A stretch of 46,242 nucleotides of DNA from an uncultured Gammaproteobacteria bacterium (GTDB taxonomy: Bacteria; Pseudomonadota; Gammaproteobacteria; CAYGKN01): positions 1 to 46,242 of the forward strand of contig CAYGKN010000002.1 in NCBI GenBank assembly GCA_964350565.1, given 5' to 3'. Shown here piece by piece: positions 34,918 through 42,667 of this stretch (position 1 is the first letter of the stretch; each line of letters opens with the position of its first letter). Position numbers and translations under genes: made by a program. A model generated the notes under the pieces. The model was not told where the DNA came from, did not search any database, and was given only the letters and a program-made list of their open reading frames with translations.

Positions 34918-35691
34918 ATGAACAGACTACTCCATAAAACAGCCCTCATCACGGGGGCAAGCCGAGGGATTGGCAGGGCTTGCGCACAACTCTTTTCCAA
35001 AGAAGGGGCATCCGTGATCCTCACAGACATTCGTCAAGATGAAGGAGAACAACTAGCGAGAGAGCTGGGCGGTGTATTTTATCCCCAAGATGTTTCTAGT
35101 GAGACGGACTGGCAACGCGTGATGAGAGACATTGCTCATCTGGATATCCTCATCAACAATGCTGGAATTACTGGGCTCAATGAACACTTAGGTCCACAAG
35201 ATCCTGAGCATTTAAGTTTGAGTGATTGGCAGTATGTGCATCGCATCAATCTCGACAGCATTTTTCTAGGCTGTAAATATGCCATCTCTAAAATGAAAGC
35301 CCATGGAGGCTCCATCGTGAATCTTTCTTCTCGCTCAGGCATGGTGGGTGTTCCCCGTGCTGCTGCTTACGCCTCAAGCAAAGCCGCCATTCGCAATCAC
35401 ACCAAAAGTGTAGCCCTCTACTGTGCCCAACAGGGCTACCACATCCGCTGCAATTCTGTTCATCCTGGTGCTGTGCTCACCCCCATTTGGGACAGCGCAC
35501 TGGGAGAGGATGCCCGAGAGAATCGCATTGCACAGATGGCAGCTCACATTCCTTTGGGCACCATGGGAGAGCCCATGGATGTCGCCCATGCTCTCGTTTT
35601 TCTCGCCAGCGATGAATCCAAATACATCACCGGCGCTGAACTGGTGATCGATGGCGGGATTTTGGCCGGAAGCAGTGCTGAAGTGAAATAG
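34918..35691 (+). CDS. Classical SDR-family oxidoreductase, 257 aa
   Basis: TGASRGIG cofactor motif, NNAG, and catalytic YASSKAA (YxxxK). The substrate cannot be called from sequence. Confidence 0.85.
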   Translation: MNRLLHKTALITGASRGIGRACAQLFSKEGASVILTDIRQDEGEQLARELGGVFYPQDVSSETDWQRVMRDIAHLDILINNAGITGLNEHLGPQDPEHLSLSDWQYVHRINLDSIFLGCKYAISKMKAHGGSIVNLSSRSGMVGVPRAAAYASSKAAIRNHTKSVALYCAQQGYHIRCNSVHPGAVLTPIWDSALGEDARENRIAQMAAHIPLGTMGEPMDVAHALVFLASDESKYITGAELVIDGGILAGSSAEVK

Positions 35692-35699
35692 GTTAGGCA

Positions 35700-35753
35700 C
35701 TGTCCCCCGCGAAAGCAGGGATCTTGCCTGGCTTGTACAGATCCCCGCTTTAC
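35700..35753. repeat. Third copy (copy C) of the bipartite two-hairpin repeat element; may double as the SDR gene terminator
   Basis: ctgtcccccgcgaaagcagggatct resembles ctgtcattcccgcgaaagcgggaatct of copy A. After 16 nt comes agatccccgctttac, which resembles agacccccgctttcgc. gggatct (35718-35724) can also pair with agatccc (35739-35745), and a T-rich tract follows. Confidence 0.55.
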
Positions 35754-35841
35754 TTTTAGGATATGTGATCCCCAGCAAATATTCTCTTAAGAAAACCTTA
35801 AGATTCGAACCATACACTATCTCTTATTCCTAAACGATTTG

Positions 35842-36129
35842 ATGGATATGAATAGTTTACAACAGCGCAAACGCGCATTAAAAAAATTGATGCGAGAGCA
35901 CCAGCTCATCGACCAAGTTAAGCATTTGATTCGTGATTATTTTTCCGAACTACCTTCCTCGGTAATGGATGATGAAATTTATAGCGAACTGATGGAATCC
36001 ATTGAAAAAGTGTTGATTCTAGAAACCATGCATCACACCGATTATAATCAGATTCATGCCAAGCGCCTATTGGGCATTGCCAGAGGCACCCTAAGAAACC
36101 GTCTGAAAAACTATGGGTTGATTGATTAA
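35842..36129 (+). CDS. fis: Fis-family DNA-binding protein, 95 aa
   Basis: The C-terminal helix-turn-helix NQIHAKRLLGIARGTLRNRLKNYGL is typical of Fis. The ORF track starts one codon earlier, at TTG 35839. Confidence 0.85.
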   Translation: MDMNSLQQRKRALKKLMREHQLIDQVKHLIRDYFSELPSSVMDDEIYSELMESIEKVLILETMHHTDYNQIHAKRLLGIARGTLRNRLKNYGLID

Positions 36130-37020
36130 ATCATAGGCACGTTTTTTAAATATTTTAGCATGTGGCGTACCATGATATAAATTCGCAATGGACTGAAATA
36201 ACAACCCCCTAGCCGCTGCTGATTGTTGTGCAGCGTAGTCAAAATACGCCCTAGCAATGGCTTCTCTATCTCTTAATCCCTGCCCCAATGAAGGAAAAAG
36301 CTCTGCCCACTCGGATAAGCGCATAGGCTGCTGTAGGATGGCTCTCCCCACCATCACCCCATCCACCTGTGAAAGGTGTTGTGTCACCTCATTCGCGCTT
36401 TCAATCCCGCCATTGATCCAGACTTTCGCCTCGGGAAATTGACGCTTGAGTGCATACACTCCCTGATAGTTTAAAGGCGGGATGGTGCGATTTTCTTTAG
36501 GACTTAACCCCTTTAACCAAGCACTTCGCGCATGCAATACCCACTCTCTACAGCCGGCCTCATAACTGGGGGTGATGAAATTCCAAAGAAATGCCTCACT
36601 GTCATGCTCATCCACGCCGATACGGGTTTTGATGCTTACAGGTAAGGCAGTGGCTTCTTGCATGGCCCGATAACTCTCTGCCACCAAGGAGGGCTCATAC
36701 ATCAAACACGCCCCAAAGGATCCGGCTTGAACTTTTGGACTCGGACACCCCACATTTAAATTCACCCCATGAAAGCCCAATTCCTCTGCCAGGGCAGCGC
36801 CTTTGGCCAAATCGTTGGGACAACTGCCCCCCAACTGTAAAATCAATGGATTTTCAATCTGATGAAACCCCATATCTGCACGATGGGCATGTCTTAGAAA
36901 GGCTTGGATATGAACCATTTCCGTATAAAGCACCACCCCTGGTGAAATCAGACGCAATAAATAACGAAAATGGCGATGGGTGTAACGCACCATCGGCGCC
37001 ACCGCAATCGGACAACACAT
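36091..37020 (-). CDS. dusA: tRNA-dihydrouridine(20/20a) synthase DusA, 309 aa
   Basis: Close by-eye match to E. coli DusA: VAPM..THRHFRY, LNLNVGCPSPKVQAGSFGACLM, LKGLSPKENRTIPPLNYQGVYALKRQFP and NGGI. I chose the ATG at 37020 rather than TTG 37029. Confidence 0.9.
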   Translation of the reverse strand: MCCPIAVAPMVRYTHRHFRYLLRLISPGVVLYTEMVHIQAFLRHAHRADMGFHQIENPLILQLGGSCPNDLAKGAALAEELGFHGVNLNVGCPSPKVQAGSFGACLMYEPSLVAESYRAMQEATALPVSIKTRIGVDEHDSEAFLWNFITPSYEAGCREWVLHARSAWLKGLSPKENRTIPPLNYQGVYALKRQFPEAKVWINGGIESANEVTQHLSQVDGVMVGRAILQQPMRLSEWAELFPSLGQGLRDREAIARAYFDYAAQQSAAARGLLFQSIANLYHGTPHAKIFKKRAYDLINQPIVFQTVS

Positions 37021-37215
37021 AAATCCCAATTTGACAATAAAAGAATCAGCTTACCACAGTTGGGGCATAGTAGCCTCCCCCCTCCCACGTCGGAGACAGG
37101 TTTCGGAGATGGAAGCCACCTATCTTCTCCCCAGCATCTCAAGGGACATCATGCACCATCATGCAACCCCAATCAAGAAGTTGACAAGCTTGTCCACTTC
37201 GTTGAAGATCAATTG

Positions 37216-38154
37216 ATGATCGCTTTTCTCGGATTTTTACTCTTCGCCTTTCTCTCCACCGGATTATTTTGGCGTTTTGCACCAGCAAGCTTTCTCAATG
37301 TCCCAAATTCTCGCTCCTTGCACCACACCCCCACACTGCGTGGAGGAGGTCTAGCACTGCTTGCAGGCATTCTCCTGGCAGAGATATCCTACCACCCACT
37401 AGGAACCTGGTTATTGCCCATGGTATTATTGCTGGGCTTATTGGGAATGCTTGACGATTATCTTTCTTTAAAAAGCTGCTGGCGTTTTGGCATTCAATGT
37501 ATCGTGGCCAGTGCGGCCGTGACTGTGATTTTTTCTCCACATCTGAACACATGGGGAGTGCTCCCTTGTTTTTTCATCCTGCTGTGGAGCATCAATCTCT
37601 ACAATTTCATGGATGGCATGGATGGATTGGCCACAAGCCAAGCCTTATTCCTCGTCTTTGGTATGATGACATTATCTCATGGCATGCCCTCTACGCTTTG
37701 GCATTTTCATCTCGGGCTATTGGCCATTCTGCTGGGTTTTCTCCCTTTTAACTGGCCTCCTGCTCGATTATTCATGGGAGATGTGGGCAGCACCTTACTG
37801 GGCTTTATACTCTCGAGTTTACTTGTTTGGCACGTGCTTCATGGATTTCTACATCCCCTCACAGCCCTCATCCTCTCTGCCCTATTCTGGGGAGATGCCA
37901 CCATCACTCTACTCACGCGATGGGGCACTGGACAAGCATGGTATCAGGCCCACCGTCTGCACGCCTATCAAAAACTCTGCCAACGCCTCCATGGAAACCA
38001 TTTTGCCGCACTCTGGCGCTTGATGGCTATGAATATCGGCTTTTTATTCCCACTGGCCTGGTATGCGCCATCCCATCCATTCACCGCATCTACCTTCACG
38101 GCCATGGGCCTTCTGGCTTACACCCAGTACTACCAAGCAGGGCGACTGCCATGA
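37216..38154 (+). CDS. Glycosyltransferase family 4 polyprenyl-phosphate sugar-1-phosphate transferase (WecA/WbpL-like), 312 aa
   Basis: A polytopic membrane protein with MLDDYLSL, NLYNFMDGMDGLA and FMGDVGS motifs. The 82-codon N-terminal extension in the ORF track is hydrophilic and low-complexity, so I rejected it. Confidence 0.82.
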   Translation: MIAFLGFLLFAFLSTGLFWRFAPASFLNVPNSRSLHHTPTLRGGGLALLAGILLAEISYHPLGTWLLPMVLLLGLLGMLDDYLSLKSCWRFGIQCIVASAAVTVIFSPHLNTWGVLPCFFILLWSINLYNFMDGMDGLATSQALFLVFGMMTLSHGMPSTLWHFHLGLLAILLGFLPFNWPPARLFMGDVGSTLLGFILSSLLVWHVLHGFLHPLTALILSALFWGDATITLLTRWGTGQAWYQAHRLHAYQKLCQRLHGNHFAALWRLMAMNIGFLFPLAWYAPSHPFTASTFTAMGLLAYTQYYQAGRLP

Positions 38155-38432
38155 TCAAAGAACCACACATGGCCTCAGAATACCTTGGCAATTGGATAGA
38201 CACCATTGCAACTGTGGCCACGCACCAAGAAGCCCTAAAAAAATGGGCACCTGAGCTCTTCTCACAAGCCCAACTGGTCCACATCGATGAAGAGCGGCTT
38301 CTCATTGCTGTACCTAATAGCAGTTTGGCCACTCGTATTTATCTCCATGCCCCAGAAATTCTTGAGTTTGTGAAGACTCAATTGGGAATCTATGTTGAGC
38401 AAGTGCGTACTGTTACACAGGAACATAGGTAA
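38151..38432 (+). CDS. DUF721/DciA-like small protein, 93 aa
   Basis: The pattern AQLVHIDEERLLIAVPNSSLATRIYLHAPEILEFVKTQLG...VRTVT resembles the DUF721 consensus (a strand, then 'wa.eL', then a helix). ATGA overlap with the GT4 stop. The family call is tentative. Confidence 0.5.
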   Translation: MIKEPHMASEYLGNWIDTIATVATHQEALKKWAPELFSQAQLVHIDEERLLIAVPNSSLATRIYLHAPEILEFVKTQLGIYVEQVRTVTQEHR

Positions 38433-39729
38433 ACTCTGGAATGGTCACATACTCCAATTTTTTAAACGCCGGAAACCAATTCCCCCAAACCGCATACGTT
38501 AACCCGAAAGCGAGAGCAATGAGCGACAGCGAGGCTAAAAATCCCCCACTGATGGCCAACAATGCCTGTAATTGAATCGGACTGCGCGCCACTGCTTGTA
38601 ACCCCAGTTTAATACACCAAACAGAAGCCATTCCCAGCGCTGCAGAAAATACCAAAGTGGATAGCCCCCTGAATAAATTGTTCGCGAATACTTTGGATTC
38701 TAGGCGCTGGAGCCGATCAAGCGCTTTTTCACCCTTCACCTCCTCATCAACCATCCCCTCCAATAGGTTACCAAAATGATTGAGTCGCATCCATGAAGCT
38801 CCACGGGTGCCATATTCTTCAACACGATTGGCCAATACCAACAAGAATTGAAATTGGACGCTATCAAAGTCTTTTGTTTTTGCAGCATTCACCGCTCGTG
38901 TATATCCGAACCTGGGTGAAGAGCCCAGTAACAACAAACGAGCGACCACAAACACACGTTTTAGGCTTTCTAGTTTCTCGCCTTGAAATTCCCGGTCTAA
39001 ATCGCAGATGGTTTCGATTGTTTCTCTTGGATCGATGGTAGATGGCACCATTTGTAGAGGGTCAAAAGAGTAAGTGATCGGAGAGCGATTTCCTCCTCGA
39101 TGTGCTTCTCCTTCTCCTTGACCTTCTCTTTGACCTTCTCCTGCACCTTCAACTTGTGCATCTTCTTCTTCAAGTGCTCGGAGTGCATTTTGATATTCCT
39201 TTCGGTTGTGTGTGTTAACAATCAGAGCTGGATCAGGAAATTTGGGGGGCAGAGCCACAAAGAAATCAGAGAAAATCGGCTGAAGCATGAATAACGTCAC
39301 GAATGCCAGAAGTGAAAACATCCAAAAAACCACACCATATTGGAGAGAATGATGTTCTAGCAGTGGATACAAATAAGCATAACATACAAAATAAAACCCC
39401 AGTACGCCTAGTATGCCCAAGCCTAGAATGCAAGCCAACTGTTTGACAGTTGAAGCGTCTGGTTTCTGCTCTAGATTAGCGTTAGATGCATTAGCGTCAA
39501 ATGAGCTATAAGGTTGAGAATATTCACCCAAAGATCGCCGATAGGCCAGAGGGAAATTCCGAAGGTTATAACCACTTGCAGTTCGAATCGTGACATGAGA
39601 GCCAAGTAGACTAACAAGCTCCTTATCTCCTGAAACCCTACCATAATATTTCTGAATAAACTCATCCATCTTTTCTAAAAAAGAAAGGAAATTGAACTCA
39701 TAGCTTTTCTGATCTTCTACCGCATGCAC
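38413..39729 (-). CDS. Hypothetical membrane protein (438 aa) with two TM hairpins and an acidic Gly/Glu/Gln repeat
   Basis: ATG-initiated ORF. Hydrophobic pairs lie at about residues 100-125 and 133-160, and about 372-395 and 405-432. Between them sits the low-complexity EEEDAQVEGAGEGQREGQGEGEAHRGG, encoded by a 12-nt tandem repeat at 39118-39150. No family motif recognised. Confidence 0.75.
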   Translation of the reverse strand: MHAVEDQKSYEFNFLSFLEKMDEFIQKYYGRVSGDKELVSLLGSHVTIRTASGYNLRNFPLAYRRSLGEYSQPYSSFDANASNANLEQKPDASTVKQLACILGLGILGVLGFYFVCYAYLYPLLEHHSLQYGVVFWMFSLLAFVTLFMLQPIFSDFFVALPPKFPDPALIVNTHNRKEYQNALRALEEEDAQVEGAGEGQREGQGEGEAHRGGNRSPITYSFDPLQMVPSTIDPRETIETICDLDREFQGEKLESLKRVFVVARLLLLGSSPRFGYTRAVNAAKTKDFDSVQFQFLLVLANRVEEYGTRGASWMRLNHFGNLLEGMVDEEVKGEKALDRLQRLESKVFANNLFRGLSTLVFSAALGMASVWCIKLGLQAVARSPIQLQALLAISGGFLASLSLIALAFGLTYAVWGNWFPAFKKLEYVTIPEFTYVPV

Positions 39730-39836
39730 TACATAAACCCCCTCTATCTAGATGCCTAATAATAACCCAAAGTCCCCTATTTATGCAAATGCTTTTTATT
39801 TTCACCATAACACGTTATGATGTATGGAGTTCACAG

Positions 39837-41240
39837 ATGAGTAACCTTGACATGATCTACTCCAGCCTACAAGCTGCCGCCCTACTATTGGGATGTCGCT
39901 ACCAAGGACATGACGCGCCCTTTTTGGGGATCAGTACGGATTCCCGCACCGTGGTGCCCGGTGAATTGTTCATTGCGCTAAAGGGTGAGAATTTCGATGG
40001 ACATGATTTCCTAGAGCAGGCAGCAAACGCCGGTGCTGCAGGGGCCATCGTTTCGAAGTCTTCTACGCATGCGCCTTTGCCTTGTCTAGAGGTCACAGAC
40101 ACCTTATCTGCCTTTGCGCTACTGGCTCAGGACTGGCGTGCCCGTTTTCAAATTCCGGTCATTGCCATTACTGGAAGCACAGGTAAAACCACCACCAAAG
40201 AGTTACTGGCAAAAATTCTTGCGGCTTGTTTTGGTGAGGAGGCGGTACTGGCCACGCATGACAATGAAAATAATTTGATAGGTGTTCCCAAGGTACTCTC
40301 CCGTTTGCATGCCAAGCATCGGGTGGCGGTGATTGAAATGGGCATGAATCGTGCGGGGGAAATTTCTCGTCTTTCTCGCATGACGCGCCCTACCATCGCA
40401 TTGATTACCAATATCTCTTCAGCACACATCGGTAATCTGGGCAGCATTGAACAAATTGCCCGTGCTAAAGCCGAAATTTGGCAGCATTTACATCCCAAAG
40501 GGTTAGGGATCATGAATGCCGATGAGCGTTATGCCAGACGTTGGCAGGCTCAAATTCGTCCTCGTCATTATCACACCTTTGGGATCAATGCCCACCGTAC
40601 TACGGTTCAGGTTAAACCACTCACAGAAGGGGGATTTCATGTCAAAACCCCGAAGGGTGAGGCCGACATCACTTGGTCACTGACTGGAAAACATCAACTC
40701 TACAATGCAGGGGCAGCCATCGCGGCGGCTATTGCCATTCCAGAAGTCACGATAGATCACATTGTCTCTGCCTTGAGTGAGGCCACTCCTACACCAAGCC
40801 GTATGGAATCTGTTCATTACCCCAACGCTGGTGTCACTTTAGTGGACGATACGTATAATGCCTCTCAAGCTTCTACCTTGGCAGCCATTGACTGGTTGGG
40901 AACTCAAGCGCCTGCCCACACCATTTTTGTCTTGGGAGATTTGGCGGAGTTGGGAGATACCGCGTCCACACAATTAGAGATGGTTGCAAATGCCTGTCGC
41001 AACACCAACATTGAGCAAGTCATGACATTCGGCGACAACTCGGCTTTGGTTAGTGAATCTCATCCTGGAGGTTGGCATTTTCACGCTGATGAGCTTGATG
41101 CATTGATTAATGCCCTTAAAGGGAAATTGCTGCCCAACACCACGGTACTTATCAAGGGTTCTAGAGTGATGCACATGGAGCGCATTGTTGAGGCACTCAA
41201 AGCCACGCTCCAGACACAAGCGACTACGACAACCTCATGA
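39837..41240 (+). CDS. murF: UDP-N-acetylmuramoyl-tripeptide--D-alanyl-D-alanine ligase MurF, 467 aa
   Basis: Mur ligase motifs ITGSTGKTTTKE, NNLIGVP, EMGMNRAGEI and DDTYNAS. The ATG at 39837 has GGAG 8 nt upstream. Confidence 0.9.
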   Translation: MSNLDMIYSSLQAAALLLGCRYQGHDAPFLGISTDSRTVVPGELFIALKGENFDGHDFLEQAANAGAAGAIVSKSSTHAPLPCLEVTDTLSAFALLAQDWRARFQIPVIAITGSTGKTTTKELLAKILAACFGEEAVLATHDNENNLIGVPKVLSRLHAKHRVAVIEMGMNRAGEISRLSRMTRPTIALITNISSAHIGNLGSIEQIARAKAEIWQHLHPKGLGIMNADERYARRWQAQIRPRHYHTFGINAHRTTVQVKPLTEGGFHVKTPKGEADITWSLTGKHQLYNAGAAIAAAIAIPEVTIDHIVSALSEATPTPSRMESVHYPNAGVTLVDDTYNASQASTLAAIDWLGTQAPAHTIFVLGDLAELGDTASTQLEMVANACRNTNIEQVMTFGDNSALVSESHPGGWHFHADELDALINALKGKLLPNTTVLIKGSRVMHMERIVEALKATLQTQATTTTS

Positions 41241-42667
41241 GTACTTACCCCATCGCCTATGCCAATGGGGATGGCATTGGCCCAGAGATCATGGAGGCCG
41301 TCCAGAAAATCCTTTGTGCTGCAGGAGCGCCGCTTGACTGGAAAGAAGCGCCAATGGGTTTGCATTATTACGAGCAGGGAATCAGCACAGGGATCCCGGA
41401 TCACAGTTTGGAGATCATTCAGCAATCGCGAGCCTTTCTTAAGGCGCCGATGACGACTCCACAGGGCAAGGGCGTTAAAAGTCTAAATGTCACCTTGAGA
41501 AAGCTCCTGGGACTTTCGATTAATATTCGCCCTGTACAGGCTTTTTATCCATTCCTACCCACACATCATCGAGATTTGAGTTTAACGATTATTCGTGAGA
41601 ATGAAGAAGACTTATACACGGGCATTGAATATCAACCCACCTGGGACACGGCTGTAGCTTTAAAAACCATTACCATGCCCGCCTCTAGACGCATTGCCAA
41701 ATATGCCTTTGAATATGCCAAGGCCACGAATGCTTCTCGTGTCACTTGCATGAGCAAAGATAATATTATGAAACTGACAGATGGATTATTCCATAGAGCC
41801 TTTGATGAAGTGGCCGAAAATTACGCTGAGATTACTGCAGAGCATCATATTATTGATATCGGCGCTGCCCTCCTGGCCACACATCCTGAGCGTTTCCAAG
41901 TCATTGTTACGGAGAATTTATATGGAGACATTCTCTCAGATATTGCCGCACAGTTGGTAGGCTCTGTAGGTTTAGCAGGCTCTGTCAATTTAGGGGAAAA
42001 ACATGTATTGTTTGAAGCCATTCATGGTTCGGCCCCAGACATCGCCGGCAAGCAAATAGCCAATCCATCGGGTTTGTTACAGGCCGCCATCATGCTGCTC
42101 AGTTATTTGGGTTTGCAAGACACTGCACAACAGATTCAAAATGCTTGGTTATTCACGCTAGAGTCTGGAGAGCATACGGCGGATATTTATAGCACCCAAC
42201 ACAGTCAAGTGTGTCTGAGCACTCAGGAGTTCGCTGATGCTGTGATTTCTCATTTGGGTGCTGCACCCAAGCAGCTCCGTCATCCCACACTCACTATTCC
42301 TCTTCTACAATCCTCTATTCCCACTACCGCTGTCAGTGAACAAACCTTACATGGCATGGATGTTTATTTATCTGTAGAGTTAACCACCCCTGAAACCCTC
42401 GCTGCACAGCTTCAAGAAGCCGCAGGAAATCTCCTCCCTTTAATCGCCATTTCTTCTCGAGGTATGGCGATCTGGCCCAAGCGTCCACCGATTTTGCCTG
42501 AGGGGCATCTATGGCGCTGTCGTTTTTATCAAAAAGTTCCCACTGATGTGGGAACACTCCAGCGGCTGTTGCAGCAAATCAGCAATCATGGCTTCTCCTG
42601 GGTTCGAGTGGAGCAACTTTTTTGTTATGATGGAAAGCCAGGCTTTAGTCAAATTCAGGGTTTATAA
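41237..42667 (+). CDS. icd: Isocitrate/isopropylmalate dehydrogenase-family enzyme, probably isocitrate dehydrogenase, long form (476 aa) with a roughly 135-aa C-terminal extension
   Basis: N-terminal GDGIGPEI, family signature NLYGDILSDIAAQLVGSVGLAGSVNLG, and AIHGSAPDIAGK. The core ends near residue 340. ATGA overlap with the murF stop. Substrate and cofactor cannot be fixed from sequence. Confidence 0.75.
   Translation: MSTYPIAYANGDGIGPEIMEAVQKILCAAGAPLDWKEAPMGLHYYEQGISTGIPDHSLEIIQQSRAFLKAPMTTPQGKGVKSLNVTLRKLLGLSINIRPVQAFYPFLPTHHRDLSLTIIRENEEDLYTGIEYQPTWDTAVALKTITMPASRRIAKYAFEYAKATNASRVTCMSKDNIMKLTDGLFHRAFDEVAENYAEITAEHHIIDIGAALLATHPERFQVIVTENLYGDILSDIAAQLVGSVGLAGSVNLGEKHVLFEAIHGSAPDIAGKQIANPSGLLQAAIMLLSYLGLQDTAQQIQNAWLFTLESGEHTADIYSTQHSQVCLSTQEFADAVISHLGAAPKQLRHPTLTIPLLQSSIPTTAVSEQTLHGMDVYLSVELTTPETLAAQLQEAAGNLLPLIAISSRGMAIWPKRPPILPEGHLWRCRFYQKVPTDVGTLQRLLQQISNHGFSWVRVEQLFCYDGKPGFSQIQGL

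Noticed and set aside
35780-35815. tRNA-like T-loop motif (agattcgaacca, the reverse complement of tggttcgaatct)
   Set aside because: The flanking bases do not form a T-stem (TATGG against CTTAA). No acceptor or anticodon arms can be drawn. Only a 6-bp CTTAAG hairpin is present.
35374-35817. 147-aa minus-strand ORF
   Set aside because: It is antisense to the SDR gene, which has clear TGxxxGIG and YxxxK motifs. It extends across the repeat element, so it is most likely spurious.
37183-37194. Perfect 12-bp palindrome GACAAGCTTGTC overlapping a TTGACA hexamer upstream of the GT4 gene (possible operator, or leaderless promoter TTGACA-N17-GAAGAT)
   Set aside because: The -10 candidate is weak and would place the transcription start on the ATG itself. 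A single short palindrome can arise by chance. There is no partner regulator nearby.
36970-37215. 82-codon N-terminal extension of the GT4 transferase ORF, with the alternative-frame ORFs 37031-37216 and 36948-37142
   Set aside because: The extension is hydrophilic His/Arg/Ser/Pro-rich sequence overlapping the dusA 5' end. The membrane protein begins naturally at MIAFLGFLLF (ATG 37216).
37021-37215. The 5' end of dusA as a possible integration site for a mobile element (dusA is a known integrase target)
   Set aside because: No integrase, direct repeat of the dusA 5' end, or foreign gene block is present next to dusA in this window.
37827-38150. Upstream two-thirds of the 201-aa ORF that contains the DUF721-like gene
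   Set aside because: It lies out of frame inside the GT4 gene and is a Pro/His/Ser-rich translation. Only the segment from ATG 38151, which makes an ATGA overlap with the GT4 stop, looks like a real protein.
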